Positions 13,162 through 26,213 are shown, counted from the whole stretch's first letter. The stretch is 63,708 bases of DNA, filler included, from Folioceros fuciformis (GCA_049999805.1; 18 parts of 18 records of this genome joined end to end with filler, not necessarily neighbours in it); one strand, 5' to 3'. Numbers and translations are program-made. Notes: a model not told the origin generated them from the letters alone.

Positions 13162-13872
13162 AGCATTCGGGCAGCTGTGAGCACAATTCCTCCGCTTCCT
13201 CAAGTTCTTTGGTACTGTGATCCGTTGGCAGTCCTCTCTCGTTCGCTGATGTGCTCTACATCCTTCCGCGTTCATCCGCGAAATTGTACTTGGGTGACGT
13301 GACCTCACACAACTTTGTAGGCAGCCAAGCAAGCCCCGTCGCTGGGATGGCGTATGCCACGGTATACGCTGAGCGTACGCTATGTTCCAGAGCCTGGAAC
13401 ATCCGTACGTACACGAGCACCTCATGACTCACCGGGAAGAAATCGTCACTCAGCAAAGCGAAATAATCGTTTTGCTATGTAACCTCTGGAACTTGGTGGT
13501 TCTCCAATGAAGAACTCTCTGGAACCACCCAAACAAATCTAATTGCACAGAGAGACACACTCCCTCCAATCGCCAATACAATGGTAGGACACCAAGCGGT
13601 TATGGAAGATCTTGCAATGAATTATGGTCCATTAAATGCAGTTTATCTGGTAATATCTTCACAACAATCTTTTGACCTTCCCGATTTCGCTGGGGCGTCT
13701 CTCCCAAACGAACAGTCGTGAACAGCCCGGGCCCATTGGGGCTGGTTTTGGGAGATCGAAATTTCGTGTCTCTGCATAAGGGACCTAGACTCCTAGGTGT
13801 GCTTTCCCGCGCTTCAGTGTTTGAAGTGACGAACCTCTTCCCTTGTCGATGATCAGGTGACGTCGGGAGACA

Positions 13873-15230
13873 ATGCGCGGGAGGGGACGCGGCAAAAGGG
13901 GTGTGCGCAACCTGCCTCAAATACCGCGCGACATTGACGGGGCAGAGAGTACGCTGCCTCGAATACCGCTTGACTCTGACAGGGCAGAGAGTAGAGTTGC
14001 ATTGGTCAAGATTCCTAACACGCTGGCTGAATCATGGCAGCAGGTGCGAGATGCAGGATCGTCAGATCCCTTGGGATAGGTGATCTGCACATGGAATCTG
14101 CAGAGCCCCGAGTCTCCTCCTCAGGTGCGATCACAGACACTGCATTCGCTGTCGTTAATTTGCTGCTGTGCCAAAGCTTGTGTGGTTTAAGTTTGAATTG
14201 TAGAGGTGAGTTTGAGGATAACCGGCATTCTGGCTTTGCTTTCGCAGCTATCCTTGGAGTTGGCTGGGAAGAATGGAGAGTTGCAACTAACGTCCGTCAT
14301 GACGAATTGTCGTTGCGTGGTGGCAGCACGCTAGCTTGTGAGGGTGACAAAGTGAATCAGATCCTGAATGGAGATTTCGGGTCCTGTTGTGGTCAGGCAT
14401 ACCGTGTGCATGTGCAGGTCAGCTTGTAGCGGAGGGAACGGTGTCCAGCAAATTCGACCTTCAGCAGCCGATTGGCCAGAGTATGAACGAGTATAGCAAG
14501 ATTTGGCGCCACAGGTTTTCGGAGTTCGATGTCAAAACGCGAACTTTACAGGTTTGCAGCATGGAGATCTCTTTCACATACAGTATGTCCTGCTTGCGCG
14601 TCAGACTATTATTACTTCTTAAGTATTGTATGTTCCCCGGTCTCAGGTGATCTCAGACGGAAACCACATGTGGCAAGTGCATCCGCCAATCAGGCGTACG
14701 GTACAGTGTGCTATATCTTCCCGATTCCTACGCTTCCATGCAACACTATCTCTGCAACTTCCGGTTTCAACAGAGAGCCAATATGTACAGGTGTTTTCAT
14801 CTTCTCAGGAGGTGTGCACACAGTCGACTGCAAAAAGAAAACTAGAAGACGTAGAGATGTGGAAGGTACAGTACAGGGTGCTGCCTGTCTTCAATCCGAT
14901 TCCCACTTCATACTCTTCCAAGCAGCAATATGTGCAGCTGCCCTTAACTAAGCTGCATGTCAACGAGCTCATGTTCATCTCCTCAGGATAAAAAGGAGTG
15001 GCTCTAAGTTTAGAAGACAGGTGTCCGGCTGCGAAGTTTTCTCGGACTGTGAAGGTACAGTACAGTGTCTGCTTGTGTTTCATTCCGACTCGCAATTCAT
15101 ACGTCCTACCCTCGACAAAGCATGTCAACGAGCATATGGTCGTTTCGTTTCCTCATAGGAAGGAGAAGATCCAAGTGCCTGCAAAATTAAGAAAAGACAA
15201 GTCCCTTCTGCAAAGTCTAATAAAGCATAT
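13873..15230 (+). pseudogene. Divergent TFIIF beta subunit (RAP30/GTF2F2)-like pseudogene
   Basis: Exons read LDSDRAESRVALVKIPNTLAESWQQ, LSLELAGKNG (from 14248), GQLVAEGTVSSKFDLQQPIGQSMNEYSKIWRHRFSEFDVKTRTLQ-VISDGNHM and KKKTRRRRDVE. These are colinear with plant TFIIF-beta (VWLMKCP..W; FTMELAG; GKLAVEGK...KFDM...EYGKLCRER...KNRQIQVI; KRTRRDR). In-frame TAG at 14077-14079; no winged-helix domain visible. Confidence 0.7.
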
Positions 15231-15344
15231 GTAGTGTGCTGTTTGTGTTTAGTTCCGCCGCCCACTCAATCGCTTCCATGTAGCACGATTTGCAACTGCC
15301 GGTAAGTAGAAAATGCTGATGACAGTACAATCAAACCCCTCTAA

Positions 15345-15620
15345 TTGGGACCCACCCCTTGGGACCCGTATAGGGAACCCTTTAAATGGGATTGGGACCC
15401 CTATAAATATAAATGGGAACCCCTTGGGACCTGTATAAATGGAACCCTTTACATGAGATTGGGCCCCGTATAAATGGGAACCCCTTGGGACCTGTATAAA
15501 TGGGAACCCTTTAAATGAGATTGGGACCTTCTGGCTTTCTCCCTTGACCGTGCTATATGCTAAATGAGAAATTTTTAATTTGTAAATGGAAACCTTTAAT
15601 TTGTAAATGGGAACCCTCTA
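15345..15620. repeat. Degenerate minisatellite of AAATGGGAACCC/TTGGGACC units (about 60-bp period)
   Basis: Repeated ataaatgggaaccccttgggacctgt and ttt...gagattggg blocks running up to the contig end. Confidence 0.8.
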
Positions 15621-15738
15621 AGGAACAATGCAAGTACNNNNNNNNNNNNNNNNNNNNNNNNNNNNNNNNNNNNNNNNNNNNTTAATTAATTAANNNNNNN
15701 NNNNNNNNNNNNNNNNNNNNNNNNNNNNNNNNNNNNNG

Positions 15739-16860
15739 GGGATCCACACCATGTCCTTCGCCAAGGTGGATAACTACGAGAACCAGATCCAGTTCGCGCT
15801 GGAACGAGGATTGCCGGCCATGATCGCCTTCCTGGGGGGTTCGCGGCTGCCGTATCCGAGCCGGGCGTTCGAGATGGTGCATTGCTCGCGGTGTCGGGTT
15901 GCATGGCATGAGAAGGACGGGGCGTATCTCATGGAGGTGGACAGGCTGCTCAGGATTGGAGGGTTTTTTGTGTATTCGGCCCCGCCGGTGTACAATTCCC
16001 GCCGTCCGTTCAAGGGGCAGTGGGATTTCATGGTGAACTTGGCGGATTACATGTGCTGGAAGCTGGTGTCGCAGGACGCGCGGACGGCGGTGTGGCGGAA
16101 GACGGCAGGGAAGAAGTGCCAGTTGAGGATGAAGACGTATAAGTATATCACGGTGTGTGAGGACAATGATATGGACAAGGCCTGGAATGTGCCGCTCCAG
16201 AAGTGCGTTTATCCGCTGGAGGACGCCAGCGAGGTGGAAAGGCTCCCCAGGCAGCCTGACAGGCTGCATTATTTCCCCAGGAGGATGGGGAAGGTGTCGG
16301 ACAAGTATACAGAGGAGAAGTATAAGGAGGACTCGGCGCTGTGGGAGAAGCATGTTGAATTCTACTGGAAGGTGATGGGGGTCGATGATAGTGCCATAAG
16401 GAACGTGATGGATATGAATGCCATTCTTGGAGGGTTTGCTGCGGCGTTGGTGGAGAAGCCGTTGTGGGTTATGAATGTGGTGCCTGTGGGGATGAAGAAC
16501 ACTCTCCCTGTTATTTATGACAGAGGGCTGCTTGGGGTTGCGCATGACTGGGCTGAACCCTTCGGGACCTACCCTCGGACCTACGACCTCATCCACTCCT
16601 ACAGGCTCATTTCCACTCTGCTCAAGAAGTCTGGCAAAGTGGGTAACCAGATTGTGGACCTCATGCTGGAAATGGACCGGATTCTGCGACCGAAGGGCTG
16701 GGTCATCATCCGGGACTCTTCAGCCTATGTGCAACAGGTTGCGGAGTTGGCTCCCAAGTTCTTGTGGAAAGCAGACATTCACCATATTTATGTGGGTGGC
16801 GAAGTCGACGACCATGAGCTCATACTGGTGTGCCAGAAACAGTTCTGGGTCATTCAATGA
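15739..16860 (+). CDS. Probable SAM-dependent pectin methyltransferase (PMT, Methyltransf_29/DUF248), 5' truncated, intronless
   Basis: ENQIQFALERGLPA, RLPYPSRAFEMVHCSRC, EVDRLLRIGGFF, IRNVMDMNAILGGFAAAL, VIYDRGLLG..HDWAEPFGTYPRTYDLIH, EMDRILRP. Confidence 0.93.
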   Translation, partial: GIHTMSFAKVDNYENQIQFALERGLPAMIAFLGGSRLPYPSRAFEMVHCSRCRVAWHEKDGAYLMEVDRLLRIGGFFVYSAPPVYNSRRPFKGQWDFMVNLADYMCWKLVSQDARTAVWRKTAGKKCQLRMKTYKYITVCEDNDMDKAWNVPLQKCVYPLEDASEVERLPRQPDRLHYFPRRMGKVSDKYTEEKYKEDSALWEKHVEFYWKVMGVDDSAIRNVMDMNAILGGFAAALVEKPLWVMNVVPVGMKNTLPVIYDRGLLGVAHDWAEPFGTYPRTYDLIHSYRLISTLLKKSGKVGNQIVDLMLEMDRILRPKGWVIIRDSSAYVQQVAELAPKFLWKADIHHIYVGGEVDDHELILVCQKQFWVIQ

Positions 16861-17407
16861 TTTCCCATTCCACGAGCACAAGTGTCAGCAGTTATTCTGT
16901 GCCAACTGAAGGTCGTTCCCATCTCCTCCGAACACAAGTGTTGACAGTCAGTGATGGATTTCGTGCCGAATACTCGTCTTTCCCTCCTCTTCAGCGAAAG
17001 GCTGCCAGCACACACAGAGACTTACCTGTTGCACGAATGTGACCGAAAGCATCGAAATTTTGTACTTGCTGCCCTCTGCAGGCGCTCGCAAATCGCGGTT
17101 CCAGCTTACTGTAGGATTTGGTAGATGCGGCGGTGAACAACACGAAAACCTGGCCTGTTTGTACAGATGAGCAATTTCCCGGTTCCACCTGCGTGCCCTT
17201 TCTTCCAAGATTGTCGGGGCAACGACACGCACTGCTTTTTTTCGTACTCGGCATTTGCTTGCTCTAAATTGACCCATTATTGCGAGTATATTTCACGTTG
17301 AGCCATTGCTGTTTTCGCACCGAGCCATTGCTTGTTTCAGACTCAGACACTTCATACTGATCCAATATCCATACCTCCTTGTCTACTATAGTCGATAAGC
17401 TTAAGCC

Positions 17408-18745
17408 ATGGCCGGAGGGATGGCTTACGGTGAAGAGCCTGTACAGTTCGTACAGCTTCCCGATGGAAGAAAATTTCTTACAGAGTGCAAGGAGCCAGTC
17501 AAGACGATGCTAAGCACAACCTCCTCGTCCTCCACGGCCTGGGATCTTCCAGAAAGGCTGGCATGCCCGGTCAGAATCCCGAACTTCACATTCATTTCCT
17601 TCACATTCATTCACATTCATCCCTTTCATTCCTTCTCTGAACTTTGATTCCTTCACTTGGTACAACGGTAAACGAACAACTGCTGCCTGGTCGCGTGTGT
17701 AGGTGTTTCTTACGGCTTGCTCAAGGAGTTCGGTGTGCGAATGGTTGCAATTGACAGACCGGGCACGGGACAGAGTGACCCCGACTACCAACAAAGTTTC
17801 TTGTCCGTCTCCCAAGACGTTGACTACATCATTGACAGCCTGGACATGGGTGAGAAAGTGTGGATACTGGGATTCTCGTGTGGCGGTGGCTATTCCTGGG
17901 CTGCTGCTTACCGCATTCCCCACCGTATTGCTGGTCTCATCCTCTTCTGTCCCGTCGGGAACTACAGCTGGAAGGTCTGCATTTAGTCCTTCAATCCATT
18001 CTTCCTTGCGCGGCACACTACTCTCTGCATGCCTATCCTCGTGCCCACACACGCACGTTTCGCGTGTGCTATCCTGGTACACCGAGCTTCGCTAACGCCA
18101 TGTCTCTGCTGGCCAGGGCATCACCCGGGAAGACAGGCGAGAAATGGCAACCAGCTTAACAGCTTCCACTTACATGGCTATGGGGAAATACATACCCGTC
18201 TGGCTCACCGCCTGGTACATGCGTACCATTATCGTTCCACGGGCCGGCGCGGCATGCGTGCAGTCGTGCCAGAACAAGCTGTCCCCCCCTGATCGCGCTC
18301 ACCTGCTGGAATCGGAAGCTTCAAAAGATTTGATGCGCAGGTGAGCACGTGTACCATTCCTCACCACCTTGCTCGTTTGGAAATTCATCAATTCGAACTA
18401 GGATTCTCATACACTGTGACCAACGTTGCCTCTTTCAGGGACAATCTAGAGTCTCTCACCCTGAGCCAGGGTTACGGCATGGCCAAGGACCTTGAAATCG
18501 TTTCCCGAGACTGGGGCTTTGAACCACAAGACATTCCCAAGGCTTTCCAAGGACCCATCCACCTATGGCAAGGAGACCAGGACTGGCTGGTGCCCCTCAA
18601 GCTCCAGCAGTGGATCAAATCCCAAATTCCTGAAGCAGTAACTCTTCATGTACTGGAAGGAGAAGGGCACCTATCCTGGTTCTGCTCTAACGACAGAGCA
18701 CATCTGCAAGTCTTCAACACAGCATTCCGGAGCCCCGATATCTAG
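17408..18745 (+). CDS. Alpha/beta hydrolase, 4 exons, with an apparent 1-nt frameshift in exon 1
   Basis: LPDGRK(+A)ISYRVQG...VLHGLGSSR, IDRPGTGQSDP, nucleophile elbow GFSCGG, HLWQGDQDWLVP and GEGHLS. One A is missing in the run at 17470-17473. Confidence 0.85.
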
Positions 18746-19320
18746 AAGCCTGAAGGAGAATCATGATGGGGGTCGAAATCCCATGCAAACATTCGATCAA
18801 CACTCTACTCAGCCTTAAACCAAGCCAGAACAGATCCTCCATCCTGAGCAACGTGGAGTGCACTTAGAAGCAACCCATCTCTAAACGTCGTGTGACCAAA
18901 CTTAATATTAAGATGAAACACTAGGAGCACTCGTAAGGGATGGCGATAGCTCATAACTCCGATATGCGTCAAGCCCCGGTAATTACGAGGGGCTGTTCTT
19001 AGAATCGATCATTCTGCGCCCAGCCCTATAGTTATAATTATGGGAGGCCTTTCATAGAATACATCACTTCGGAAACCCCTGATATTTTGAGTGACACTTT
19101 ACATCGGTAGGAGAAGTGGAAGCAAGAAGGATGAGACCAAGAATCATTATCGTTAAGATAGTAACTTAAGATGGTAAAGTGGTATGACACCAGGGGCTGT
19201 GGTATCCTCCTATTTTGTTCCACCTCTAAGAACAAGATCATTGGAATACCTGCCTTCTACATCTTTGGCCTCAACATCTTCTTCTAGCGTACTACCTTCT
19301 TCATCTTTGGGCTCAGCATC

Positions 19321-19408
19321 TTGTTCACTAGAGCACAAACCACCAACTCCTCCAAGTTCGAGTTGTTCACTAGAGCACAAAGCACCAACTCCTCCTAGTT
19401 TGGGTTGC
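19321..19408. repeat. Two-copy 42-bp tandem repeat within probable transposon-derived sequence
   Basis: ttgttcactagagcacaaa(c/g)caccaactcctcc(a/t)agtt occurs twice in tandem. Confidence 0.7.
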
Positions 19409-20848
19409 TCATTGAAGCGTTTCTCCAATCCCTTTTTCAACACCTAAGCACTTGCATGGTACTTATGAGGGAATCGCTACGCCCACACTCCCTCTCTGTC
19501 CGATACGCCCGCCTATACGCCGCTCTTGTCTGCCGAGTTTGCTCCCCGATGACGCTTCCGCTGTGGTTGCGCTCCACTTTGAAAATACCTCTGACACTTG
19601 GGTCCTTACTTAAGGTTTTCACTAGTCCACGACATTTTAGTTTCCACTACCACTCCGGGGTTTCTGCTACCACGACGACGGCTGCCCATCTTTTGCAACT
19701 GCCGCCGGGTCTCGACTACCTCTCTTCTCAAGCCTAAGTCCACAGATCCTCCTCCGAGCTAATCACCACTAAATCTATAGATATGGGGTAGCCCTCGTTA
19801 TATAGGCTTTTAGGACTTGTTCAAAAGCCAAAGGCCAAAGAACAAGCAGCACCCCAACTTGTCTACGAACCAATTATTGATCAAACCAACCCGCAACTTA
19901 AAAACTTCATGGGCCAATAGCTCTTGAGCATAAATACCCAGCCTACTCCCAACCTAACCCGGTTTCACACCACACTTAACAAAAAAACAAAAAAACCACT
20001 TAGTCACACACTTTGGTAAGGGATTCCTAAACATTTTTTCGTTTACACCAAGCTACCCTTCTATCTTTCTCCTCATTTACTAAGGATAAGCTTTGGGGGT
20101 TGCATGCATCCCTACTACAGAAGCATTATATGTAGGTTCAATTGGCCATTCCATAGAACTACTCAATTCTTAAGCCCACTTGACTACACTCTTGCTTGGA
20201 AAAGGAGCTAGAGCTTGGCTTCTAGCTTAACCTAGCATTTTGGTGTTCTACATCACACCAATAATTCTCCACCTTGATGTGTTTTTGCATGAGTTTGGTT
20301 CATCCTGATGGTAGACAGATTTATAACCAAACAATTTAGTTGCTACTGTAGCCCGGCATTCCGAAACCGTTATATTTCCTCTGTACATATGTTTTCTGTT
20401 GCACCCTAATGAACACACATTTTTCTGCCTATGCGCACGTTTTCGTTTCCAGCCACGGCTCGTGCATCTACCTGCGCGGATGGCAGCCTCTGGATACTGT
20501 TATGGTATCAGAGCTTTCCTCTGAGGGTTTCATGAAAATTTCCCAGCATGCCGAGGCGACACGGAAGGGATGGCGCTGATTGCACCCAATCTCGTCCAGC
20601 ACAATTTCTTTGTCCAGAGTGTAGAGAGAGGGAACTTGGCGACAAATCCTCTCCTTCACCACTGCTGAGGCACCAACGGCAAGCTTCCAAGATCTGGGCT
20701 TCAAGGAATGCTACGCCACTGTGCTTCAGACCCGTTATAGGCTTTTCCNNNNNNNNNNNNNNNNNNNNNNNNNNNNNNNNNNNNNNNNNNNNTTAATTAA
20801 TTAANNNNNNNNNNNNNNNNNNNNNNNNNNNNNNNNNNNNNNNNNNNN

Positions 20849-21781
20849 GTGTGAGGACGATGCTCGCTGGGAGGGTGCTGAGGCGGGTGACTGCACTGGA
20901 CGCTCGGGTATGTGGTTTTGATGCCCGTGCGTTTTAAGCTGGGCCGTTGGCACCAGGGTGGCCCCGTATCCTCAGCGCTTGCTGGGAAGTCTGTTTTACG
21001 GTTTGTGCACAATTTTTTTTTTCTCGGGTTAGGGTTTTCTTTAATGTTTTGATATCACGAATTTGCAGGGTTAGGAGCGGATGGCTCTGACCTGGATGAT
21101 GATAGGTATCCGGATGATAGCTCGAATTGGGAGAAGTCCTCTATGGGTGCTATGCCTCCTCGCAGTCTGGAACTTGCTATGTATACGCAGATTTTTAACA
21201 ATGCCATCGCTCACCATGAGAGCAGAGATGTGAGCGGGGTGCAGGTGCTTAAGACAATGCCGATCCCTCCCACCAAGGATTTGAGGGTCCCAGTCAAAGA
21301 TCTCTCCTACCAAGGATCCCTCCAACCAAGGATTCAAGGGTCCCAGTCCCAGCCGAAGCCGTTTGCTACCATTATTCCTCCAACTGGTCCTCGGCCTCTT
21401 GGTCGGCCAAGGAAAGATGGGCTTACAGGGTACAGTGTTTTGGCACCTATGCCGTTACCCACTGATGCGACGGAATGTAGTAAACTGCTCAAAGTGGCTA
21501 TTCAAAAGTATATCACCTTGATGAAGAGCGGTTTGCGGGAGGCCCCGCCTGTGATGGACGTTGATTTCATGACAACACCTAAGCCCTGTCCACGTTGTAG
21601 GTTTATGGTGACGGATATTGAGGGTGCCCTGGCTTGTGACACTTGTGACGAGGTTTATCACCTGCCGTGTGTGAGAGTATTTGATAGGGTTGACATTCCA
21701 GAAGGAGACTGGCATTGCTGGGAGTGTTTGATGAAGGAAAGGACCCTCCCCAACTCCGTCCGGGATCCTGCCACTTCATGA
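20849..21781 (+). CDS. PHD-finger protein with an AT-hook-like motif, 5' truncated, at least 2 exons
   Basis: A GT-AG intron at about 20908-21068 keeps the frame. PLGRPRKD, then C4HC3: CPRC...CDTCDEVYHLPC...PEGDWHCWEC. Confidence 0.8.
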
Positions 21782-24266
21782 TCAGGTGTTCAGCGGTGGC
21801 CCTGGCCAATCAGTGGACGCGGAAGATGTCATAGCACACGAATATCTGAACCTGGATTCCAATGCTCGGGGCTGGTTCGAACCCTGGATCGTTGGCCATG
21901 ACGGCCTCCTCTACTAGTGGCTTGGTGCCAAATCCTAAAGGTTCCACAACCTTTGAGTCAGGTGGCGAGCGTATTCAGAGACGTCAGCGACAGTCGAGAG
22001 TTGGGCTTCACAGCATATCCGGTGGCCGTCCGGGTCCACACAAGGTCCGGTTGGTGGACAGCCAGCGGCTTCGGATGGCCGTGTTATGTCCGGGTGTTCG
22101 AATGGGATATGGGCTGAGGCACAGGGAAGGAGTCCCGGGTTGCCGAGCATGTGGGTTGTATATGTGAAGGGTTACAGTGTAGGGTCTTGAAACACCTTGT
22201 GGATATGACGTTTGAGTGTAATTATGTAGTATGAAGTCAGAGGCCGGTGTCCGGACGCAGGGACATAGTATCTTTTAACCGTGTTCGTGAGGAACTTCGT
22301 TTCAGGAAGACTATCCACGGCTTTCTGAAAGCATTCCATGCTCCAGTTGGCCATTTTTGTGCTTGGAGATCCGAGGGTGTCATCAAACTGGTTTTTAAGG
22401 AACCATGTGCCAGGAGGACTCTTAAATGCGCTGTATGCTGCTCAAACGCTGACGAGAATTGTGTGTGCCCACGGATTTGGACCACAGGGGACCCTTAAAA
22501 GTAGCTACAGGATGTCAGGATGCTGACAGAAAGAGCCTGTTTGTTGGAGTCTTGGAGGGAATGACGGGTGTAGAGGAGGGGGCCCATGGACCACGTGTTG
22601 AAGCATTGTAAGTTTTGAGTTGAGGATGTTTTAAACGTTGACACACATGGGGCGGCCCTTCAAGAGATGCACCAACCAAACACGCAGAGAATTCTGGAAG
22701 AGGGCGGACTTGCAGCTGGTTACGAGGAACTAAATACACCTTGAGCGGACATATGTNNNNNNNNNNNNNNNNNNNNNNNNNNNNNNNNNNNNNNNNNNNN
22801 TTAATTAATTAANNNNNNNNNNNNNNNNNNNNNNNNNNNNNNNNNNNNNNNNNNNNGCTTGCTATTATAAGCCGGATTTTCACCATCTTTTAAGCTCTGC
22901 AACGTTTAATGCGAGGTTTCGCCGGGCGCAGACCCCGAGGCGGACCCGCAGGGCGCGGACCGGGACCGGGACCGGGACGGAACCGGCACCCGGACTCGGA
23001 CCCGGGCCCAGCAGCCAACTCCAGGTTCGGCAACCACACTTGCCCTACCAGGTGTAAACACGTCGGGCGTCGTCGCGTGATGCGCGTTTCCATTTCCTCC
23101 ATGTTCCCTTCTTCTTCGTCGGCGCACGGGCCGGGCGTCCCATGGGACCAGATCTGCCCTGCCCCTTTCCTTTCCTTTTCTTTCCTTTCTCCCGCCTCCC
23201 CAAAACCGTTACCCTCTCGCTCCCGCTCCCGCTCCCGCTCCCGCTCCAGCTCCAGCTCCCGGGGCCGCCTCTTGTATGTGTAACCTTAATCGCTTGCCGT
23301 GTGTGAGAGAGCGAGACAGCGCAATGCTGGCTTCTAATTCGCGCCGCATGCTCCTCTGACGCGCGCCGCCCACAAGACGACCGCTCAGCTAATCATTTTG
23401 GGGCATCAGGAAATATATCTCAGCAATCCTGCCCATCGCCCTGGGACGCAAGCATGAGTGGGCACAATCACTTGGCTTGATCTTCTCGGGACTCACCATT
23501 CTGAGCGTAAATGGACATCACACCGCACCACACCACGCCACACCGAGAGTTACACTCCAGCCGCATACAGATTCGGAAGTGATCATGCAGAAATGCAGAT
23601 CATGCCCAGATGCTCCGTGGCAAGAATCACACATTACATACTTGTAGGCAGGCCGTCAGCCAGCCAGCCAGCCAGCCAGCCCTGCTCCAACATTTGTACA
23701 CTCCCCTCCCGTGTCAAACAAGACAATTCCTTCGGGTACACCGGGAATTGCTTGGAAACCCAACTTATTTTATCTTAAGTGTACTTACTATTAAGTTGTA
23801 TTTATATTGTACCCTCCTTCTTGTACTTACGTTGTACTAGGCATTGGTTTATACCAAGACACTCGCATGAGAACAAGCTATCCGGTAACAACTTGTGTCC
23901 GGAACACTCTCTAGTACATATTCCTCTTTATTCTTTATAATTTTAGTCATATCTTGTAGATCTGAGAATATTATCATCTTTTGGTACTCTCTAGTAAAAT
24001 GAAAATTTCACAACATCCTTACAGAATCCGCTGTCAACATTACGTACTTGAGGTTTGTTTTCGGGTACTCTTGATGAAAATCAAAATTTCACTTGGTTCT
24101 CAAAGAATCCTATGTCTTCCTTGTCTTGAAATGTGATGGTAAAAGAATATGCAATGTGTATATATANNNNNNNNNNNNNNNNNNNNNNNNNNNNNNNNNN
24201 NNNNNNNNNNTTAATTAATTAANNNNNNNNNNNNNNNNNNNNNNNNNNNNNNNNNNNNNNNNNNNN

Positions 24267-25600
24267 AGGGGAGGACCAGCAGGCGCATCAGAACCAGCAC
24301 CCCCGGGGGGAGGTGGTGGTCGGGCAGGAGGAGCCCCAGCTGGAGGAGCAGGTACACCATTCACAGGCGCGGCGGCAGCCTTCATCATTTCTTGCAGCTT
24401 GGACTTGAAGTACAATTGCAGCTGCACAAGGACAGGACAGTACCAGCCCTTCAGTAAATTCTGAATCCACGACGACAGGCCAGCCTCCTAAACACTGCTG
24501 TGACCAAAACCCTGAAACGGCGCAGGCCCTTACCGTGAACATCTTGGAGTCAGGGTCCCAGTGAGTGAAGAACTTATTGGCTACCTTGTCGATTTCTGTA
24601 CTTGGGATCTGCAAACGAGAAACTCAATGTTCAGTGTGCGTTGCAACCTCAGCACCAATTGAGCTTCTTCAGAAACGCTCCATACCTTGAAAGCAATGAT
24701 CTCATACGGCTCTGCCGCGAACAAAAGGTATTGATACTGCTTGTCACACGCTTGCACTCTCTGCAAACTCACACAGCACATGGAAAAGCGGTTAACCAAA
24801 ATGCTGTCAACCCCACACATGTAATCAGCAGGCATGTTTCCAACACCACTGCCACAGAGTCGAAAAATACCTGCTCATACGACGACATGAAACGATGTCT
24901 TGGCTTCGCATTGTCCTCAATCTCTGGATACTCTATCTGAACAGATGGAGTGTGTAAGTATTCTCTGCCGGCTCGATGCTACATAAATGCGCTGTTCACA
25001 TGCTTTCATCCATGACAAGCAATACGCACCTGGAAAAGCAAGGATCTCTGGCGGGTTTCATTGTCGTACTGCTTCGTCACTCTGTACCCAGGCCTCCCAA
25101 TCTTAACTGGAGTTCAAAGACAGATGACTGTCATCTCCATATCAGAACGGAACCCTACCAAACTCCATGCCAACAAAAACTAAGACCAGCTAACCTGTCT
25201 TTCGAGGAGCTATCTTCCGCTTGTTCGGCTGCGGCTGCGCAGGAGCATCCTTAGCTTCTCGAGCTGCCCGCTTGGCCAAATTCGTCTGGTGCCGCTTCCC
25301 CTGCGTGTGCGCCAAATAGTTGCCCTCGTTGTTGTGGAGCGTCAAACACAGTTTGCATTCGTAACTGTAGAGAACAGCAGAGAGTCAGAAATTTCCGAAG
25401 CTGCAACAACTTTGAGCCATCGACAGGAATCCAGATGCAGTTCCGCACCTTCCAAGATGGTTGCGCATAAAATAGGGATCCTTCGCCAGGTCGATCGTCT
25501 CCAATGCCAGTCGGCGCAGCCGCTCCCGCCGATCGATGGCTTCATTTTGCGCAGTCGCGGCCCCTCCGCTGCCAGGCTTGCTGCCCCACTCCCGGTCCAT
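24267..25600 (-). CDS. SF3A2: Splicing factor 3A subunit 2 (SF3a66/PRP11), multi-exon, 3' end in a gap
   Basis: MDREWGSKPGSGG...DRRERLRRLALETIDLAKDPYFMRNHLG, HTQGKRHQTNLAKRAAREA, KIGRPGYRVTKQ, QYLLFAAEPYEIIAFK, KFFTHWDPDSKMFT, then a Pro-rich tail. Confidence 0.97.
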
Positions 25601-26213
25601 GGCGCCAAATCTTCGAAGCCGCTCCTACCAGACTACGCAAGCCCTAACTCAAAAAACTCGTCTTTACTCGCCTTCCTCCTAATAACGTGCCCGAGCTGCG
25701 ACCCTGCCTTCAACTGTTCACCACCACGGCTCGCTCGCCAGGGGCGGCGCTTGCACGGTACACACAGAGCTACTATGGTCCCTTCTTGTTCGAGCAGCAG
25801 AGCAAGACAGACGACTATCTAAACAACTACTGGCATCAGAACAAATCGCAAAGTGAGTAGCAAGGCCGAAACGTGTCTCCGTTTCCCTTTCATAAGCCTC
25901 ACGTCCATCTAGTCGTGAGGTTGTGTATCCCAAGGTATCGTCTTCCCCCAACTCGCACTCGTATGCAGAAGACTACTGCGTCCAGATGCGCGCAGGTCAT
26001 CTTCCCGCACAGGCACGGCACTGAGACCCGGTGCAGGTGTAACGGGAGGAGGATATGTATTTGAAAGGAGAACATCCACTTAACATAATGACTTCCATAG
26101 TCGGCCATGTTGCAACTAGAATACATTAGAGCGCCTGTCCACGCATGTTATGTACACGTCCGGCTCACATGAGATGGTATGCCGTTAGGTTACGATAAGT
26201 TAATGATGACGGT

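Noticed and set aside
20503-20514. TGGTATCAGAGC, matching the tRNA-iMet primer-binding site of LTR retrotransposons
   Set aside because: It is not preceded by a CA LTR end and no gag or pol follows; chance match or unresolvable remnant.
22909-23283. Arg/Gly/Pro- and RS-rich ORF
   Set aside because: It arises from CCGGGA and TCCCGC microsatellites in low-complexity sequence; no domain evidence.
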